Of a DNA stretch of 64,000 nt, positions 12,519 to 27,500 are shown one piece after another. A program made the translations under genes and the position numbers. Location of the stretch: assembly GCA_002633005.1 (NCBI GenBank), contig NMRA01000480.1, positions 124,001-188,000 of the forward strand. The letters run 5' to 3'. Numbering within the stretch: the stretch's first letter is position 1; each line of letters opens with the position of its first letter. The notes beneath the pieces are model-generated. The model made no database searches, had not been told where the DNA came from, and was given only the letters and a program-made list of their open reading frames with translations. The stretch comes from Phoronis australis (lineage: Eukaryota > Animalia > Phoronida).

Positions 12519-15500
12519 GTGATTTGGGTGACCTGAGCAAATGACCGAAGGCACCCCTTTTTCGACACACTCTACCCACACACAAATTCAGAAAAAACAT
12601 TCGCTTAAAAACGAGGAGATTTGTAGTGGGATGACATCGTTAGCGTTAACCGTTTGTTTGTCTTGTAGAACCGTGAAGCATCTGCTGGGTGCATGTGTGT
12701 ATGCTTTGCATCACACACGCTCATCGACAAGCTCAGATGATACCTGATTTGGATATAAATTTAACGGATCTTTTTCTTTTCGCAGCAAACTTAGGGAACA
12801 CAATTTACGTAAAGGCCTCACAAATTGACCCCAAAATCTATGCTCAACATTGAGCCTGTTTATCCAAAAACGAACAAAATCTAATGGCCTTTTACATTCG
12901 GCTAACATTGTGTACCCAGTTTAAATTTTGATGCATTGCTTTGTATAATGTATCTTGTTTAATTGATTCTAACCTGTTCTTCTCCTATGAATGGTGTTAT
13001 TGGTTGCACAAAATGGTTATATGAGAGAGTTGTGTAGTGTACACATAATGTTATGTGTACATGATTTATTGATTTATTGATTTATTGATTTAATACAATT
13101 GGTCAAAAGTGCTCTGCATATTCATTAATGGTGCAGACTAAATTACAAATTACTTCTGAAATATGGAACCTCTTCCTTTCTAGCAATTATTTTTGTAGCA
13201 CTGTTAAGTTTGAGGTATTCTTTTTCTCTTTTACACGAAAGTTTCCAATATCTTTTGTTTGTGACCATTTTTGGCCAAAACTGTTGGAAAAGCACTCAAA
13301 TGTAGCAAGTTTAGTGCAAGAAATTGATGGTTATAAACAAACTTGTGTTGGAATCGTGTGTAGATGAACTTCGCTGAAACAGATTCTTCACTTCTTGCCA
13401 ATGTTCATTTTATTTCCGAATATTTGAATTTCTCCTAATAGTTTGTAACTGACTTTCAAATGATATCGCATGCTTCTGTAGGCATATGTCATTTCTAGGT
13501 CCTTGTTGTTAAAGTCATGTACTATAATTAATCTGACATTCATTGTCTAAATAAGAAACAAAACTCGAAAAATGTTGTTAATTATATATGAGTTACTGAT
13601 TGCATCTTGCCAGGTCATAGAGAATACTAAATAGATCGGAATGTTTTGTTATGTGGACTCTGTAAATACGAATTACCATTTTTATGTGGTTCTCAGTATT
13701 ATCCACTACCTGGTGGTGATTCCTATGTGGTTCTCGGTATTATCCACGTCCTGGTTGCTTTTCATATCTCAATTACTACATAAATGTTTTTTCCTGATTT
13801 CGCCACGAAAATGCTCTTATTGTTTCGGCCAAACTGTGTCTTGCTTGACACCTATCAAGTTTTTGGTAATGCTGACTATCAAATGTGAACCTGTCCTTTG
13901 GTTGAACTCCATTTTGTGTAACCCATGGGTCCATTCTCTTACACTACATGCTGCCACTAACAGACATTTGTTCTTTATTTCCTAGGTTATGTATTTTACC
14001 GCCACATCTCCTTTTATCCTCATGACGGTACTTTTGATTCGTGGTGCAACCCTGGATGGCGCTATAGAAGGCATTAAGTTCTACATGAAACCCGACTTTG
14101 ATAAGTTAGGCGATATGCAGGTAAATCTATGGATACTCTAGTCACGTAGGACCTTGTCAACAGGACTGTGTGTTTTGCCAAATATCTACGAAATGCTAAA
14201 AGTTGATTCTTTTGACTAATTGTATTTTGGTAAAAGTTGATACTTTTGACTAATTGTATTTTGGTAAAAGTTGATACTTTTGACTAATTGTATTTTGGTA
14301 AAAGTTGATACTTTTGACTAATTGTATTTTGGTAAAAGTTGATTCTTTTGACTAATTCCTAATGTGCCATAAAAAATTCACATGTCCTTGATGTCTCTTA
14401 AGTATAGTGATAAGGAGGTTCATATGATCTTCATGTTTTTTAATTAGTCATAAAGAAGTTCACGTGACCTTTATGTCTTTTAAGTAAAATTTACAAAAAA
14501 GAAATGCGTTGCAAAACAAGAGTATCAACAGTATCGCCTGATATACTGATATAAATGTTCAAGGTGAAATCTCAAAAACATATTTTTTTAAATATTTCGC
14601 TTTTGTTTTGCATCAGCAGTTTATAAATGAAAATCATAAAAGTGCTCATTTTTGATAGTCCTCATGCAAAAGTGGATACTTTAAAAACTCTAAGAGCACT
14701 TTGAAGAACACTACATGAGGCATAGCATGAAAGTTTCATGTAAATGTGGTCAGCCATTTCAGAGATATATTCTGAAGTTAGCCAAGGGTCCTACATAACC
14801 ATAAATCTGTAAACCTGCCGTTTTTAAAGTAACTTGTACTAAGTTTCTCAGAGTATACCGCTAATTGCTTACTGAGATAATTTGTATTACTTCTAGACAG
14901 TGATGTACATATGTGTTATACAACGTATGTTATTGTACCAGTGGTTATTGTATAGAGATATGCAATGTACTTGCATATCACGAATCGAGATATAATAACA
15001 CACTTGGTACAAATACATACATTTTATAACATATTTATCCTATTCACCTGGCTGAAGATTGTTTAAAGAAGCGGGCTTACACAGATCACTCTGCTCATTT
15101 ATTATTTTGTATCAATGATTATCGCTGATTGCGTGACACATATACGTGCACGTAATATTTTTATGAATGATTTTTTTACAGCCTGCATGACGGATTTTAC
15201 AACAGCTACAGGCTTGGGGCGCATATTTGTTATTTTCAGCATTTTCATCAGAGTTTGAGCTGAAATCTATTTCTAAGTTAAAGTTTGCTTCCATTTGCGA
15301 CGTTTTTTTTGACTTTGTTGTTTTCAGGACGCTCTGAATTTAACAACCTTTCTACCTTATCTCTTTGTGTTCGTATAGTCCCATTCGACAATGTGTGACC
15401 TGTAAAATCTACCGTTGTATACCCTAAATAACACTTGTATACCCTAAATAACACTTGTATGGTTTAACTGTGAGACTAGCTCTGCGGATCCTGTACAACT

Positions 15501-18500
15501 GGTCTGTGAGCCACCAACTGAATATCTCTATTACTGGTGTGAACCAACACATCATCTACAAAACTGTCCATATCAACAGCGTCCTTCAACAATAAACGCA
15601 GCATCTTAGCATACGTGGCACCTGAATTCACAAGACCAAGCGGCATTTTCTTGTGCTGATAATTCCCAAACGGAGTAGAAAAAGCAGTTATCTCTTTGAA
15701 ACTAGCTTCCATGGGTATTTGCCAGTACCCTTTGCAGAAGTCAAATTTTGAGAAATACGTTGCATCTGCACAACTTGCATAAATATATTCAATGTGGCAA
15801 AACCTCGCAATCAAAACGTATCACCTTATTAACTTTACGCGTGTCCTGACAATATGTAACCGTGCCGTCTTTTTTCTTAACAAGTACTATTGGGCTGCAG
15901 CACGGTGACTCGGACTGCTCAATAACATCTAATTCAAGCATGTCATGTATTTCCTTCTTCATTTCACCATACATAGCGTACGGTACGGGATACGGGTTGG
16001 AACGAATAGGAGTCTGATCATTTAACACAATTTTTTGCTCTATCAAGTTCGTAGTACCAGGCTTCAATGAAAAAATTTCCGACCCCTAAGTTGAGCCTTC
16101 TACGACTGACAACTCTGGGTTAATATTCACCTGACAGTGAGTTTCCTGCTGTTGTGCCTTGGACACACTGGGTGTCTCCATATCCAAAACACCCTCTTCG
16201 TCTTCCAATGTAATTGAAGCGACCGACGCCACAATCGGATTCACCCGGCGTTGATATTGCTTGAGCATGTTAATGTGGAATACCTTAACATTTTCACGAA
16301 TTTCAATGGCATAATTGTACTGGCCCGTTTTAGCTTTTACAAGGAAAGGACCCTTCCACCTCAAGAGCAATTTTTTTTGTCTGATGGCAACAGTATTAAT
16401 TCTTTGTCATGTCACCTGGTTTCAAGTTCCTTATGACAACTTTCCTGTCGAAAAATTCTTTCTGCTTTTGTTGACTACAGAGCAACATCTCAGCAGCATT
16501 TAAACACGTTTGTTCGAAGTTATTTTAAGATCCAGAACGTACTCATATATGTCCTTCATTTTGTGTTCCAACTCACAATTAGTCCACAGTTCATGCAATA
16601 TCGACATAGAAGCTTGCACGGTATTCACGTATATTGACTCAAATGATGAAAATCCATGGAAACTATCAATCGGAACATCCCTGTAAGTGAACAACAAAGG
16701 TTTGATAAACCTGTCCCACTCTTTAGGTTGATCGCTAACTGTACGTTTGAGCATGTGTTTTAAGTGCCGTTATACCTCTCACACAAGCCATTACACTGAA
16801 CATGATAAGGTGATGTATTGTACAATCTAATTGACAACAGCCTCTGAACTTCTTTCATCATGTCAGAATTAAACTGGTACCCCTTGTCACTTAACACCTC
16901 AACTACAACTAAGCTGTGATATATTGAATTTTAAGTATCACTACTGATTTAAAAACATGCAACATTAACTTTGAAATATGGTCGTGGCCTAAAACCAAAA
17001 TTGTCAGTTTAGTGCTAATATTTTCATAGAAGTCTTTGACATTCTTCATATTTTATTCTCAAGATTCAATTTCATCAAAGATTACACCTTGGATCTGGAA
17101 CAGTCAACATAGCCCATGTCTAAAATACGGCACAAACTCTAACCTTAAACAAACAACAACATTTTCCCAAACTGGAGAATTCTTACTGTAGTAATGTCTG
17201 TCATAGTTGCTGTTCTTTACATTTGCAGGTGTGGGTGGATGCCGGTACCCAGATTTTCTTCTCCTATTCCATCAGCCTGGGCACACTACAGGCTCTCGGC
17301 AGTTACAACAAGTTCCACCATAACTCCTTCAAGTAAGTGTTTGGTTTTGTGTAAACATGAGTGCCATTGCCCTGGAAGGGAGCTTATCAAAAGTTTCTCT
17401 CCACGCAAATGCCCTTGACCTGACCTTGACCTATCCCCCTGTCACGTGACGTCGCTCATCACTTTGTCTTTGCATTAAGTATCTTTTCAGGATGTTCTCA
17501 CTCGCCTTCTACACCCGAGCTGGTCGGTTGTGTGAGTCTTGTCGTATAATGTTTCTTTGAATAAGATTTTTTGATTTTTTTAAAAAGCAACAATTACTTA
17601 AAAATTGTTTTTCATTCATCTTGCACTGGATGTCACCTTCACTAACCGAAGACTTACGTGATTGTCATATTCTCTTAGTGTTAATTGCTTGTTATTTATT
17701 GCACACAATTTTTCTCAAAGTTGTCTTTATCCTTTGCAAACCTCCAACAATGTGCTCCAATTTTCTTTCCCTGCTGAATTTTTTTATTAGCCTATGGAGT
17801 CAACAAAACCTTGCTGTTAGTTTTCTTTTAACAGTTTAAAGGGGATGACGTGGCCCAGCTTAAAGCATATCATGAGTCTGACCCCTGTTGCTTGTTGTCT
17901 TCCAGGGACTCGGTGATCTTTGCCTGTATCAACAGCGGCACGAGTCTCTTTGCTGGCTTCGTCATCTTCTCTGTTCTGGGATACATGGCCACAGAGCAGA
18001 AAGTTGAGGTCAGCAAGGTTGCGGAATCAGGTGAGGAATTTGGTCAGCACACATTCTATCTAGCTAGCATTTTACAGTTAGTAATATCTCACCCATTTTG
18101 AACAAAAACAATTGTCAAAATTGCCCTGTTTTTGTTTTTCAGGGGATTCTAGCATTGTTGTGAATGTGAATGTTGTTGGCAGAATCTAAGGATGGAAAAG
18201 CAATAATATGGTGGTACATATCTTTTAAAAAAACATGAAAATGAAATTTCATGTATGCCATATTAGGTCCTAAATTGATGAGATTCTACTATACTTGTTT
18301 GGTAAGATTGTTCATGCTCGAGTATAGTATAGTCCTGCCATTTCAGAGCCTAATACGGCTGAGACGTGTAATTTTATTCTATGTGCGCCCACATATTTGT
18401 ATGTGGACAAATTATGCTGTCATCCCTGTCTGTCTGGCGTCAACTGCTCTATCTCCAAAACCCTTTGATGTATATTTATGGAAGTTTTGCACTCGTGCTT

Positions 18501-21500
18501 TTATCATGGCTGAGATTGAATGAACGAGCTTTGCCCCCTAGTGACAATTTTAGTTTTTTACGTTTACATCTGTATCTTTAAAGGTCCTCAACAGATTTTC
18601 ATAAAATTTGGCAGATAGTCATCTATTAGTGGAATGATGCTACTCTTTTGTTTTTGAATGGATTTGAGGTATTTTGCTATTGTTATAGTTTTCGAGTCTT
18701 GTTACATTGGCATCTGGCCCTCCTATCAATCAAACCACTCCAAGGATGATTGTGAAAATTGGCTTATATCTTCCTACTGTGAAGAGGACAGCTGACAATT
18801 ATTTTACTGACGACTTTAACTACTGTGGCACCTCCTAGTGGCAGTTTTTTGCACCCATGGCTGTATCTTCTTACCTTCTGCCACATGTTTCATGTGTATT
18901 TATATGAAGTTGACAACAAACGACTTTCTGATAGATTCAACAAATAGTGTGACCCCTTACAGCAATTTAATTTTAATTTTCCGTTTTCCTCTGTTTCTCT
19001 GAAGTTCGTTGATGGATTTTTATGAAATTCATTAATTAGCTTTCTATGACTTGTTCCCGTTTTGGGATGGATTCGACGTATTTGCACCATCAGTGGTTAT
19101 TTTTACCGTTTTCTAGTCTTTTTTTGGTGTCTGCCCCCCTATCAACCAAACCATTATAATTGGGTTTTGTGTTTCTACTATGAAGAGGACGGCTGATGAT
19201 GTTTGGACAACTCAGACTACTGTGACGCCTCCTAGTGGTAGTTTTTGCGTTCACGTCTGTATCTCCCAAACCCTTTGCAAGCTCTTTATTGAATGTGGCA
19301 AGTGTATTTATATGAGGTCGACAGATAACGATGACATTTGAATGGATTCGACTACTGCTGTGGTTCCTGACAGTTTGCTTAGATTTTCCTTCGTATCTTT
19401 GGAATTCTTTGACTGGTTTTCGTAAAATGTGACAAATAGTTTTGAGAGACAGTGCTGACACTTTCCCATTTTTGGATGGATTCAGTGTATTCTGTGCCAT
19501 CTAATGACCATTTTTATGCGCCAACGCATTTATAAAAAGTGAACGCATTATGCTGTCACCTCCGTCCGTCTGGCATCCGTCCATCCGGCGTTCGCTGCTC
19601 TATCCTTTGACATACATTCAGTTTGCACATATGTTCCTTTTATGGATGGGATGGTATGAGCGAAATTTCGAACGGATTTGACTACCGGTGCGTCCCTAGT
19701 GGCAATTTTAGTTTTTTTACGCTTACCTCTATATCTTCAAAAGTCCACAACATATTTTCATAAAATTTGGCATATAGTCATCTATTAGTGAGATGACGGT
19801 ATCCTCCAGTTTTCAGATGGATTCGGCATTGTTTGCGCCACCTAGTGGCCATTTTTGCTGTTTTCAAGTCTGTTTTTTGGCGTTCACGCCTCTATCAACC
19901 AAACCGATGATTGTGAAAATTGGCATGTATGATTTTACTATAAAGAGGACAGCTGACGATGATTTTCTGACAATTTCAACTACTGTGTCGCCTCCTAGTG
20001 GTTGTTTTGTTTTTTTTGCACCCATTGCTGTATCTCCTAAAGCGTTGTCAGGATCTTTACTAAATTTAGCAACTGATGTTGACAATGGATGACGACAACG
20101 TTTGGACGGATCTGAATACCAGGGTCCCCCCTAGTGGCAATTTTAGTTTTTTAGGTTTACCTCTATCTTCATAAGTCCTCTTCAGATATTTTGGAATGTA
20201 GGCTTCTATTGGTGAGATGATGCTGTCCTCCCGTTTTCGGATGGAATTGAGGTACTTTGCACCACCTAGTGGCCATTTTTCCTATTTTCTAGTTTTTTGG
20301 CATCTACCCCTCGATCTAAGGATGATTTTGAAAATTGGCATATTTTCTTAGTGTGAAGATGAAAGTTGACGATAATGAATTCAACTACTGAGGACACCTT
20401 CTACTGGTAGTTATGTTTTGCGCCCATAGGGGCATCTCCTAAACGCACTTTAGGATCTGTATTTATATAAAGTTATCAACAGATGACGACGTCTCTGAGG
20501 TGGATGAACGCTGTGTCACCATAGTGACAATTTTTATTTTTTCCGGTTTCCTTCGTTTCTTTGAAGTTCCTTGACAGATTTTTATGAAATTTGGTAATTA
20601 AAATATTTTTCTATTAAAGAACCAATGTTATGTTTCCGTATTCAGATGGAATGGATGTTTGTGTGCCATCTAGTGGCTATTTTTATGAAACAAACAACCG
20701 TAGAAGCACACCCTCTGCGGTGCATTCGTGGGCGCATTTCAACACTCCGCATTGCTCTTGTTTGTGATACAAACGCCCCTAGAAGCACACCATTTGTGGT
20801 GCAGTCGTGGGTGCATTTCAATGCTCTGCATTGCTCATGTTGATGTTTTTGAAAAGGATGGGTAGTACCAAATTGTTATGTTGGTGTTTCTGTGCTCATT
20901 ACAAACATCTTATTTAGTTTGAATTCCAGGTGGTGTGGTGACAGCTGTTTCTAAATTCAGATACTAGTATAATCCAGTGTTAAGTGTTAAAGGAGAATGC
21001 CTCTCAAAAAAACAACCTATTTTGCATCAATTTAGATTGAGTAGTTCTACTCGATAACGGCACGTTTGGTTGCGTTACCTGACACCTGACGGCAGACGGA
21101 TGTGTTGAAATTATCCAATGACGTCATTGGTTTCACACGCAGTCTGTACAGCAGTTCGCAACATGGGTTACTGGTGTCAGCTTATCGCTTAAATTCATTG
21201 TTTAACACCAATGAATTATCAAACTTGGATGTAAAACCCTTAAAAATACACCGATTTATTGGTATTTGGACACACCGTAGCCTACAATGTTTGGCAGGCC
21301 AATTTATCAAGGTCCATAGCAGGAGTTTTGGGGTCTGTTCAGAGATAAATTCGAAATATACTTCCATGAAATACAAGCAGGAACTTAGGGGTCTGTTCGG
21401 AGATAAATTTGAAGTATACTTCCGTGAAATACAGGCAGGAGAACTTAGATCTATGTTGTTTAGACTTGTGATTTTTTGAGTTCTAATTACACAAAACGCT

Positions 21501-24500
21501 TGTTATCCCACCCAGTGGCTCGGAACCCGATCAGGCCCGTCGCGGCCGGACTGACTCGTTGTCCCAGCCAGTGGCTCGGAACCTGATCAAGCCCGTTGGC
21601 CGCCCAGACTGGCACGAACATAAACCAGCTTGAGTTGGGAACTAAACCTCCAGTCACGAAAAGACTATAATAGTGAGCCAAAGAAATAAAAAAAATGTGC
21701 ATGTAATTATTTATCTGAATTATCCACAAAACTGAAAATCTACTTACTTGTCTGAGGCCGTGAAGTCTGGTTCCCCTTCCACAGACCGTCAGGGCAAAGG
21801 TTGTACAGTACCAATGATTTGAATAATGTATTTGTATTTCTAAATAAAGATTCCCCTAACATGTGACCATAGAATATAAAATAGAGTAATTGTTTCATAA
21901 CAGCTTTCTGTCAGCAAACACTGAATTAGCATGCGCTCACACGGCCTCGGTGCCCAGTCAATTAACTTTATTGCCAGCATCAAAAGCCGGCAACACAGTG
22001 GCTTGTTCATTGCTGGCTTCACAATTGCACTCACGAATACATCAAAGGCATTACAAATTGTATCTAATGAGACAGACTTTGTTTCAGTTTTATATAAGCA
22101 TTGGTTAGGATGAGAATAATTCATTTTGAAACTGAATGCAGAATAATAAATGTCTACACGGCAACTCGCCCGACGCCAATCCCGACTTAGTCAAGAGCTC
22201 ATCCGACGAAGACTTCACGGGTCGGATTGTTATGTTTCACAGGCTATCAGCTCGAACCGGAATACACTGATCAAGAAATACTAGAGAGGCGCCGTGAACA
22301 TGCACAGGCAACGGAACGTATGGATAGTTCTTCGGTAAGCCGGAATTCGTCAGCGAAATCACTGTCGACAAAATGCCGGCCACAGACACGGAGATGTTTC
22401 ACGGCCTCATACTTGCTATTAACAGCGTACCTTTCATTCTTCACAACCGCGAGCCACTTCCTAAGCATTTCGGGCTCTCGAGGAAGTAAAAAAAAACGGT
22501 ATACCCGCTTTCTTCACAGTCTCATAGTTCGAACAAGAGGGAACGATGCACCGCAGTATGGTGGCAGTCACTCTGCAGACGAACCACTGACATAGCTGCG
22601 TCGTTTCTCACTTCCTCACAGGTTAACGCGGCACTTCTTGGCAAGGTGATTTCGACCGTATAAGAGGTGATGTGGATATAGACTGATTAAGTTGGTAAAA
22701 AGACTAATTAAATTGGGTGGCATTCTCCTTGAACACCATCTTTTATACCGTGGAATCACTGGCATTTTAATAATCTGAATACATTGAGTTGAACATGTCC
22801 TTCCCTGTAGAAATGCTGGTCGATGAACTGGATCCAATTACATCATTTTGACAATAATTACCACTTATCAGTTACATGCTCTTGCCTGTCTTCCTAAAAC
22901 TGCTTTGAGGTGCTCATATGATAACATCATTTCTGAAGTCCCTTGCTCTATTAACCTCAGTCTAGCGTATTCACTTAGGCATGACCTTTTGGTCAGTCAC
23001 TTCTACCACTGTCTTTTATAAGGCTGAAGCGATTCAAAACATTTTTGATTCGGTACGATTCGATTATTTTTTCAGGATTCAATTTTTACAATTTGATTTA
23101 TAAAAATATAACTTAAGGCAAAAATCTTATTTCTACTCACGCACCTCAGATCCACTGATACACTTTAAGGGAGAGACATACGTGGTTACATCAGTGAGTC
23201 CAACATGGCCAGTTTTAAAGAAGGATAAAAGGAGAATGGAGTCATTTATTCAAGTCAAGTATAAGCTCCCGTGAGACCAGCCTTGACTAACTATTCAAGT
23301 AAAGTATAAGCTCATTCCCAGAGAGTGCCCCCTTCCATATACCTGGCGTCTATTGGTGAGATGATGCTATCCTCCCGTTTTCGGATGGAATCGAGGTACT
23401 TTGTGCCACCCAGTGGCCATTTTTGCTGTTTAACCACCCTCGATCAAGCAAACCATTTTAAGGATGATTTTGAAAATTGGCGTATATGTACTCAGTGTGA
23501 AGAGGACGGTTGACAATGACGACTCCGATTACTGGGGCGTGTCCTAGTGGTAGTTTAGTTTGGTTTGCGCCCATAGTTGCATCTCCAAAACCCACTGCAG
23601 GATCTTTATTAAATTTAGTAATTGTATTTATATGAAACTAACAACAGACAACGTCTTGCAGGCGGATCCAACGAATGCTGTGCCCCATAGTGGCAATTTT
23701 GTTTTTTCCATTTTCCTTTGTTTCTCTAAAGTTCCTTGACAGATGAAATTTGGTAAATAGCTTCCTATTAAAGAAGTGATGGCATGTTCCCGTTTTCAGA
23801 TGGATTGGATATTTTTGGGCCATCTAGTGGTCATTTTTGTTAAGCAAATAACCCTAGAAGCACACCGTATGCAGTGCATTTGTGGGCACATTTCGACGCT
23901 CCGTGTTGCTCTTGTTGAAAATCATTTGCACTCCAGAATCCAAAATATTTCCATACTTTGGAATTTTTTTCATCAAGTTGGAGAGTTTGTCATCTGCTAC
24001 GTTGTTGTGGCTGCTGTACAACATGGTCAATTATTGGACAATATTTGAGACTCTTTTGGCCAATAAAAACGATCATTTTGTACCTCTGAAAGTAAAGCTC
24101 TCAAGCGAATAAGCTAGTTTGTTCGCTAATAATAATTGAGTGATTTCTGTAAAAAAGGAAAAACAGCTCCATTAAATTACTTTCATGTGGCAAGCAACTA
24201 AAATAATTGAATCGTCATCATCCGCGAATCAGCAATCGAATTGTGGCCAAAGAATCGTGATTGGATTATCGTTTCAAATCGCGTGGGTTCATGGTACACT
24301 CAAGAGTAGTCAAACGAAGAGCCAGTGTGGGTTCATGGTACACTTAAAAGTGGTCAAACGTCCCCTACTTGATTGTTTCTATATTATTTTTTGATAATGC
24401 CTATAATCTGTTAAAAATTCAATTTTGTTGAACAGTGCATAATGCATGGTATTGAAAAGGTTCACAGGAGTCATTTCTGCTCATCATTATCTTCACAAGT

Positions 24501-27500
24501 TTGTCAGGTGTGGACATTTGTTTGCGGTCCTACATAACTTTAAATAGACAAACTTGTATATTCATTCCAATTGACATCATAAACAGACAACTGCTCCAGT
24601 TTGTGGATGTGTATCTGGAGTTGCCATGACAACTGTCGCTACAATCCTATTTCCAGAGTATTTTAAAGACCCTGAGTTAGCCAGAGTGTCATGACTTCAT
24701 CAAAATAACTTTTATGGGATTGTCTTCTGCTTACACTGTGTTTGATATCAGCAACTTGTCCAATATTAATGTATTGAGATGACTATAAGAGTGGTCAGTT
24801 GTTGCCATGGGCTTTTGGTGCCACAGAAAGTTATATGAACTTAAATTTTTAAAAAGGTTGGAAAAATCTAGGTCCTGTATCCTTAACACAAAAAGGGACA
24901 TTCTCAACAAAAGTAAAGTTTAAAGAAAATAACTGAAGCACGAAATCGAACATGACTACCCGCGTGGAACAGTGGAACGCTGAACCAATGAGGCAAATTC
25001 CTGTTAAATAGCTGTATTTTGAATGTATTTAAATGGCAGACACCAACCTTGGCAATGGCAATTAGTAATAAAATTGCATAACATCGGATCCCGTTGCTCA
25101 GCCCAAAGCTAATAATATTGTAACAGGAGTGCCCTGGACATGATTATGTAAGAAAGATATATGCGCCCTCTAGTGGTCAAGCTGTGTATTACGTATGGAA
25201 TTTTCCTATGATGTTGAGTCCTTTGGACATGGCCAAATATGGTCAGAAGCTAGGAGCTATGGGCCTTGCCCTTCAGATCGTGTCTGATTGGTTGAAATTG
25301 CGTACTTAAGCTTTGTCACTGTCAGACACGAGGAGTCCAGTCGCAGAGTTCAAGAAGCAAACATGTACACCTTCACTCACACCAAATTGCAACTGTTTGT
25401 GCAGCTTTCGGGCTCCTCCCGAACTTGGTTGCCAACAGTTTAGCCCCATGCAATTCTCGGGCTCCTCCCGAGCTTGATTGCATCTCACCTTTCGGATCTG
25501 AATAACCAAATTGCCCCGTTCTTGCACACACAACTATTAATCAGCGACTGGTTTGCCCGTGTATCAGAACTGTATAAATCACAACGCTGCGATACTAAAT
25601 CATGGAACAACTGGATTGCTTGTAAGTGTGAAATATTGTAGTTATATATTCTTACAATAAACCTATGTATTATTCACCAACTTTTAGTTTTCAATATCAC
25701 CCTCAGTCCGCACCGGGCTCGTAAAATCGGGGCGCCTTGGTCGTAGATACCGCCCCCGTTACAATATTAAGATTCATTTATATTTCCAAATTTGCATTTT
25801 TATACGCAAAAAGTGATATGTCCCTTTGGTTTTTGTGCTCTTCAAAGCTATTCCTGGTAAATAATTTGATTTCACTTGAGGAATGTATGAAATGTCCACC
25901 AATATACCCAAGATTGATTATGACTCAAATATTGATAAATTGTGATAGACATGCATTTTGAAATTTATAAAGTAATTGAAAAGTGGAATAGTAAGACAAT
26001 ATTTCTGACTTAAGAGTTAATCCGCTTCTCATAAAACATGGCCCAGAACATAGTTTAAACTGCTTTAACATGTAATCCTATCATGCGGTTGTCTTTTTAG
26101 GTCCTGGCTTGGCATTCATCGCTTACCCAAAAGCCCTTGGCACCATGCCACTATCACCATTCTGGGCAATACTCTTCTTCTTCATGGTCATCCTGCTTGG
26201 GTTGGACAGTCAGGTGTGTACATAGTGATATCTTGCAATCACTACTTGAAAGTTACTACCTCCGCAGGCTTTCACAGACAAAGGCATGGGCCTCACCTTA
26301 GCAGTGGGTGACCATTGAACATACTATAAGTGCCACCTATGAGCATGCCTCACGTTAGCAGTGGGTGACCATTGAACATACTATAAGTGCTACCTATGAG
26401 CATGCCTCACGTTAGCAGTGGGTGACCATTGAACATACTATATGCGCCACCTATGAGCTCATCAGAGTATTCAGTACCTTTTTATGCGCCCACATAATTA
26501 TATGTGGATGCATATTGGCATCATCTCTGTCTAGACATCTGGCATCCTCGGCGGGATCTAATTGAAATTTGGCAGGTGTGTTCCTACGTGGATGGCGACG
26601 AGTTTCGGACCGAGCCAAATACTGCCATTCTGCTCAGTGTCTGAAGTCCAGTGTCCGTATGTTGGGGTAGGTTTCCGCGGATGGCCACTTAACAACTATG
26701 CAGCAGTTTGTTTACGTTAACAGCTTTGCGTTTGATTTAACTCAGTGATAAGCCGTCTGGCTGTCTGTGAGTGGAGTGTGCTTGAGCATTCGCCTATTTG
26801 AACTGTTCCATTTTTCTCATTTAATTTTGATAGTTAATTTTGAATTATCTTATTTCGACCACAACAGTATGTTTTTGGTCAAAATCAGCCCACAGTTGCC
26901 ACAGATACGCCTACATTACAACAAGGTACACATTCCTGTGGAATTGCAATATCTGCGTAAAGTTAATGTTATTACATTTTGTTTAGTTGCCGTGGACTTA
27001 AGAGTAATTTTTATGCGCCCACATGTGGACGCATTATGCCGTCATCGCCGTCCGTCTGGCGTCAGTGCGTCCTGCTCTATCTCCAAAACCCTTTGACATA
27101 CGTTCATGAAATTTGGCACATACCGTAAACGTTCGGGTTAACGCCCATGCTCAGTTAACCGCCCACCCCCTACTTTAGGTGGATTTTCGATTTAACCGCC
27201 CACTGTTCGGTTAAGCGCCCCCCTGCGATTTTTGAAGATTTCCAGTTAAGCGCCCACCTCTCGGCGCCCATCCCCGACTTTTAAAGAATGAAGATTTAGC
27301 GCCCAGTGCTAAGGAAACGCGCGATTCCCCGACTTTTAGAAAAAGATCGATGATCACAATGAGCGCAACGACGCCGGGCCTCCGAGACGGTGGTTTAGCA
27401 ATGTGAATTGCAATTATACAAGTAACGAGTTATTGTCTTGGGTCATGAACTCACTTCTTGAACGTTTTTGTCACTTTATTTTCTTCCCATGTTTGCAAAG

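Noticed and set aside
22271-22560. Host THAP-domain gene nested antisense in the intron
   Set aside because: Lies within TIR/TTAA-bounded repeats present twice, and is frameshifted and truncated
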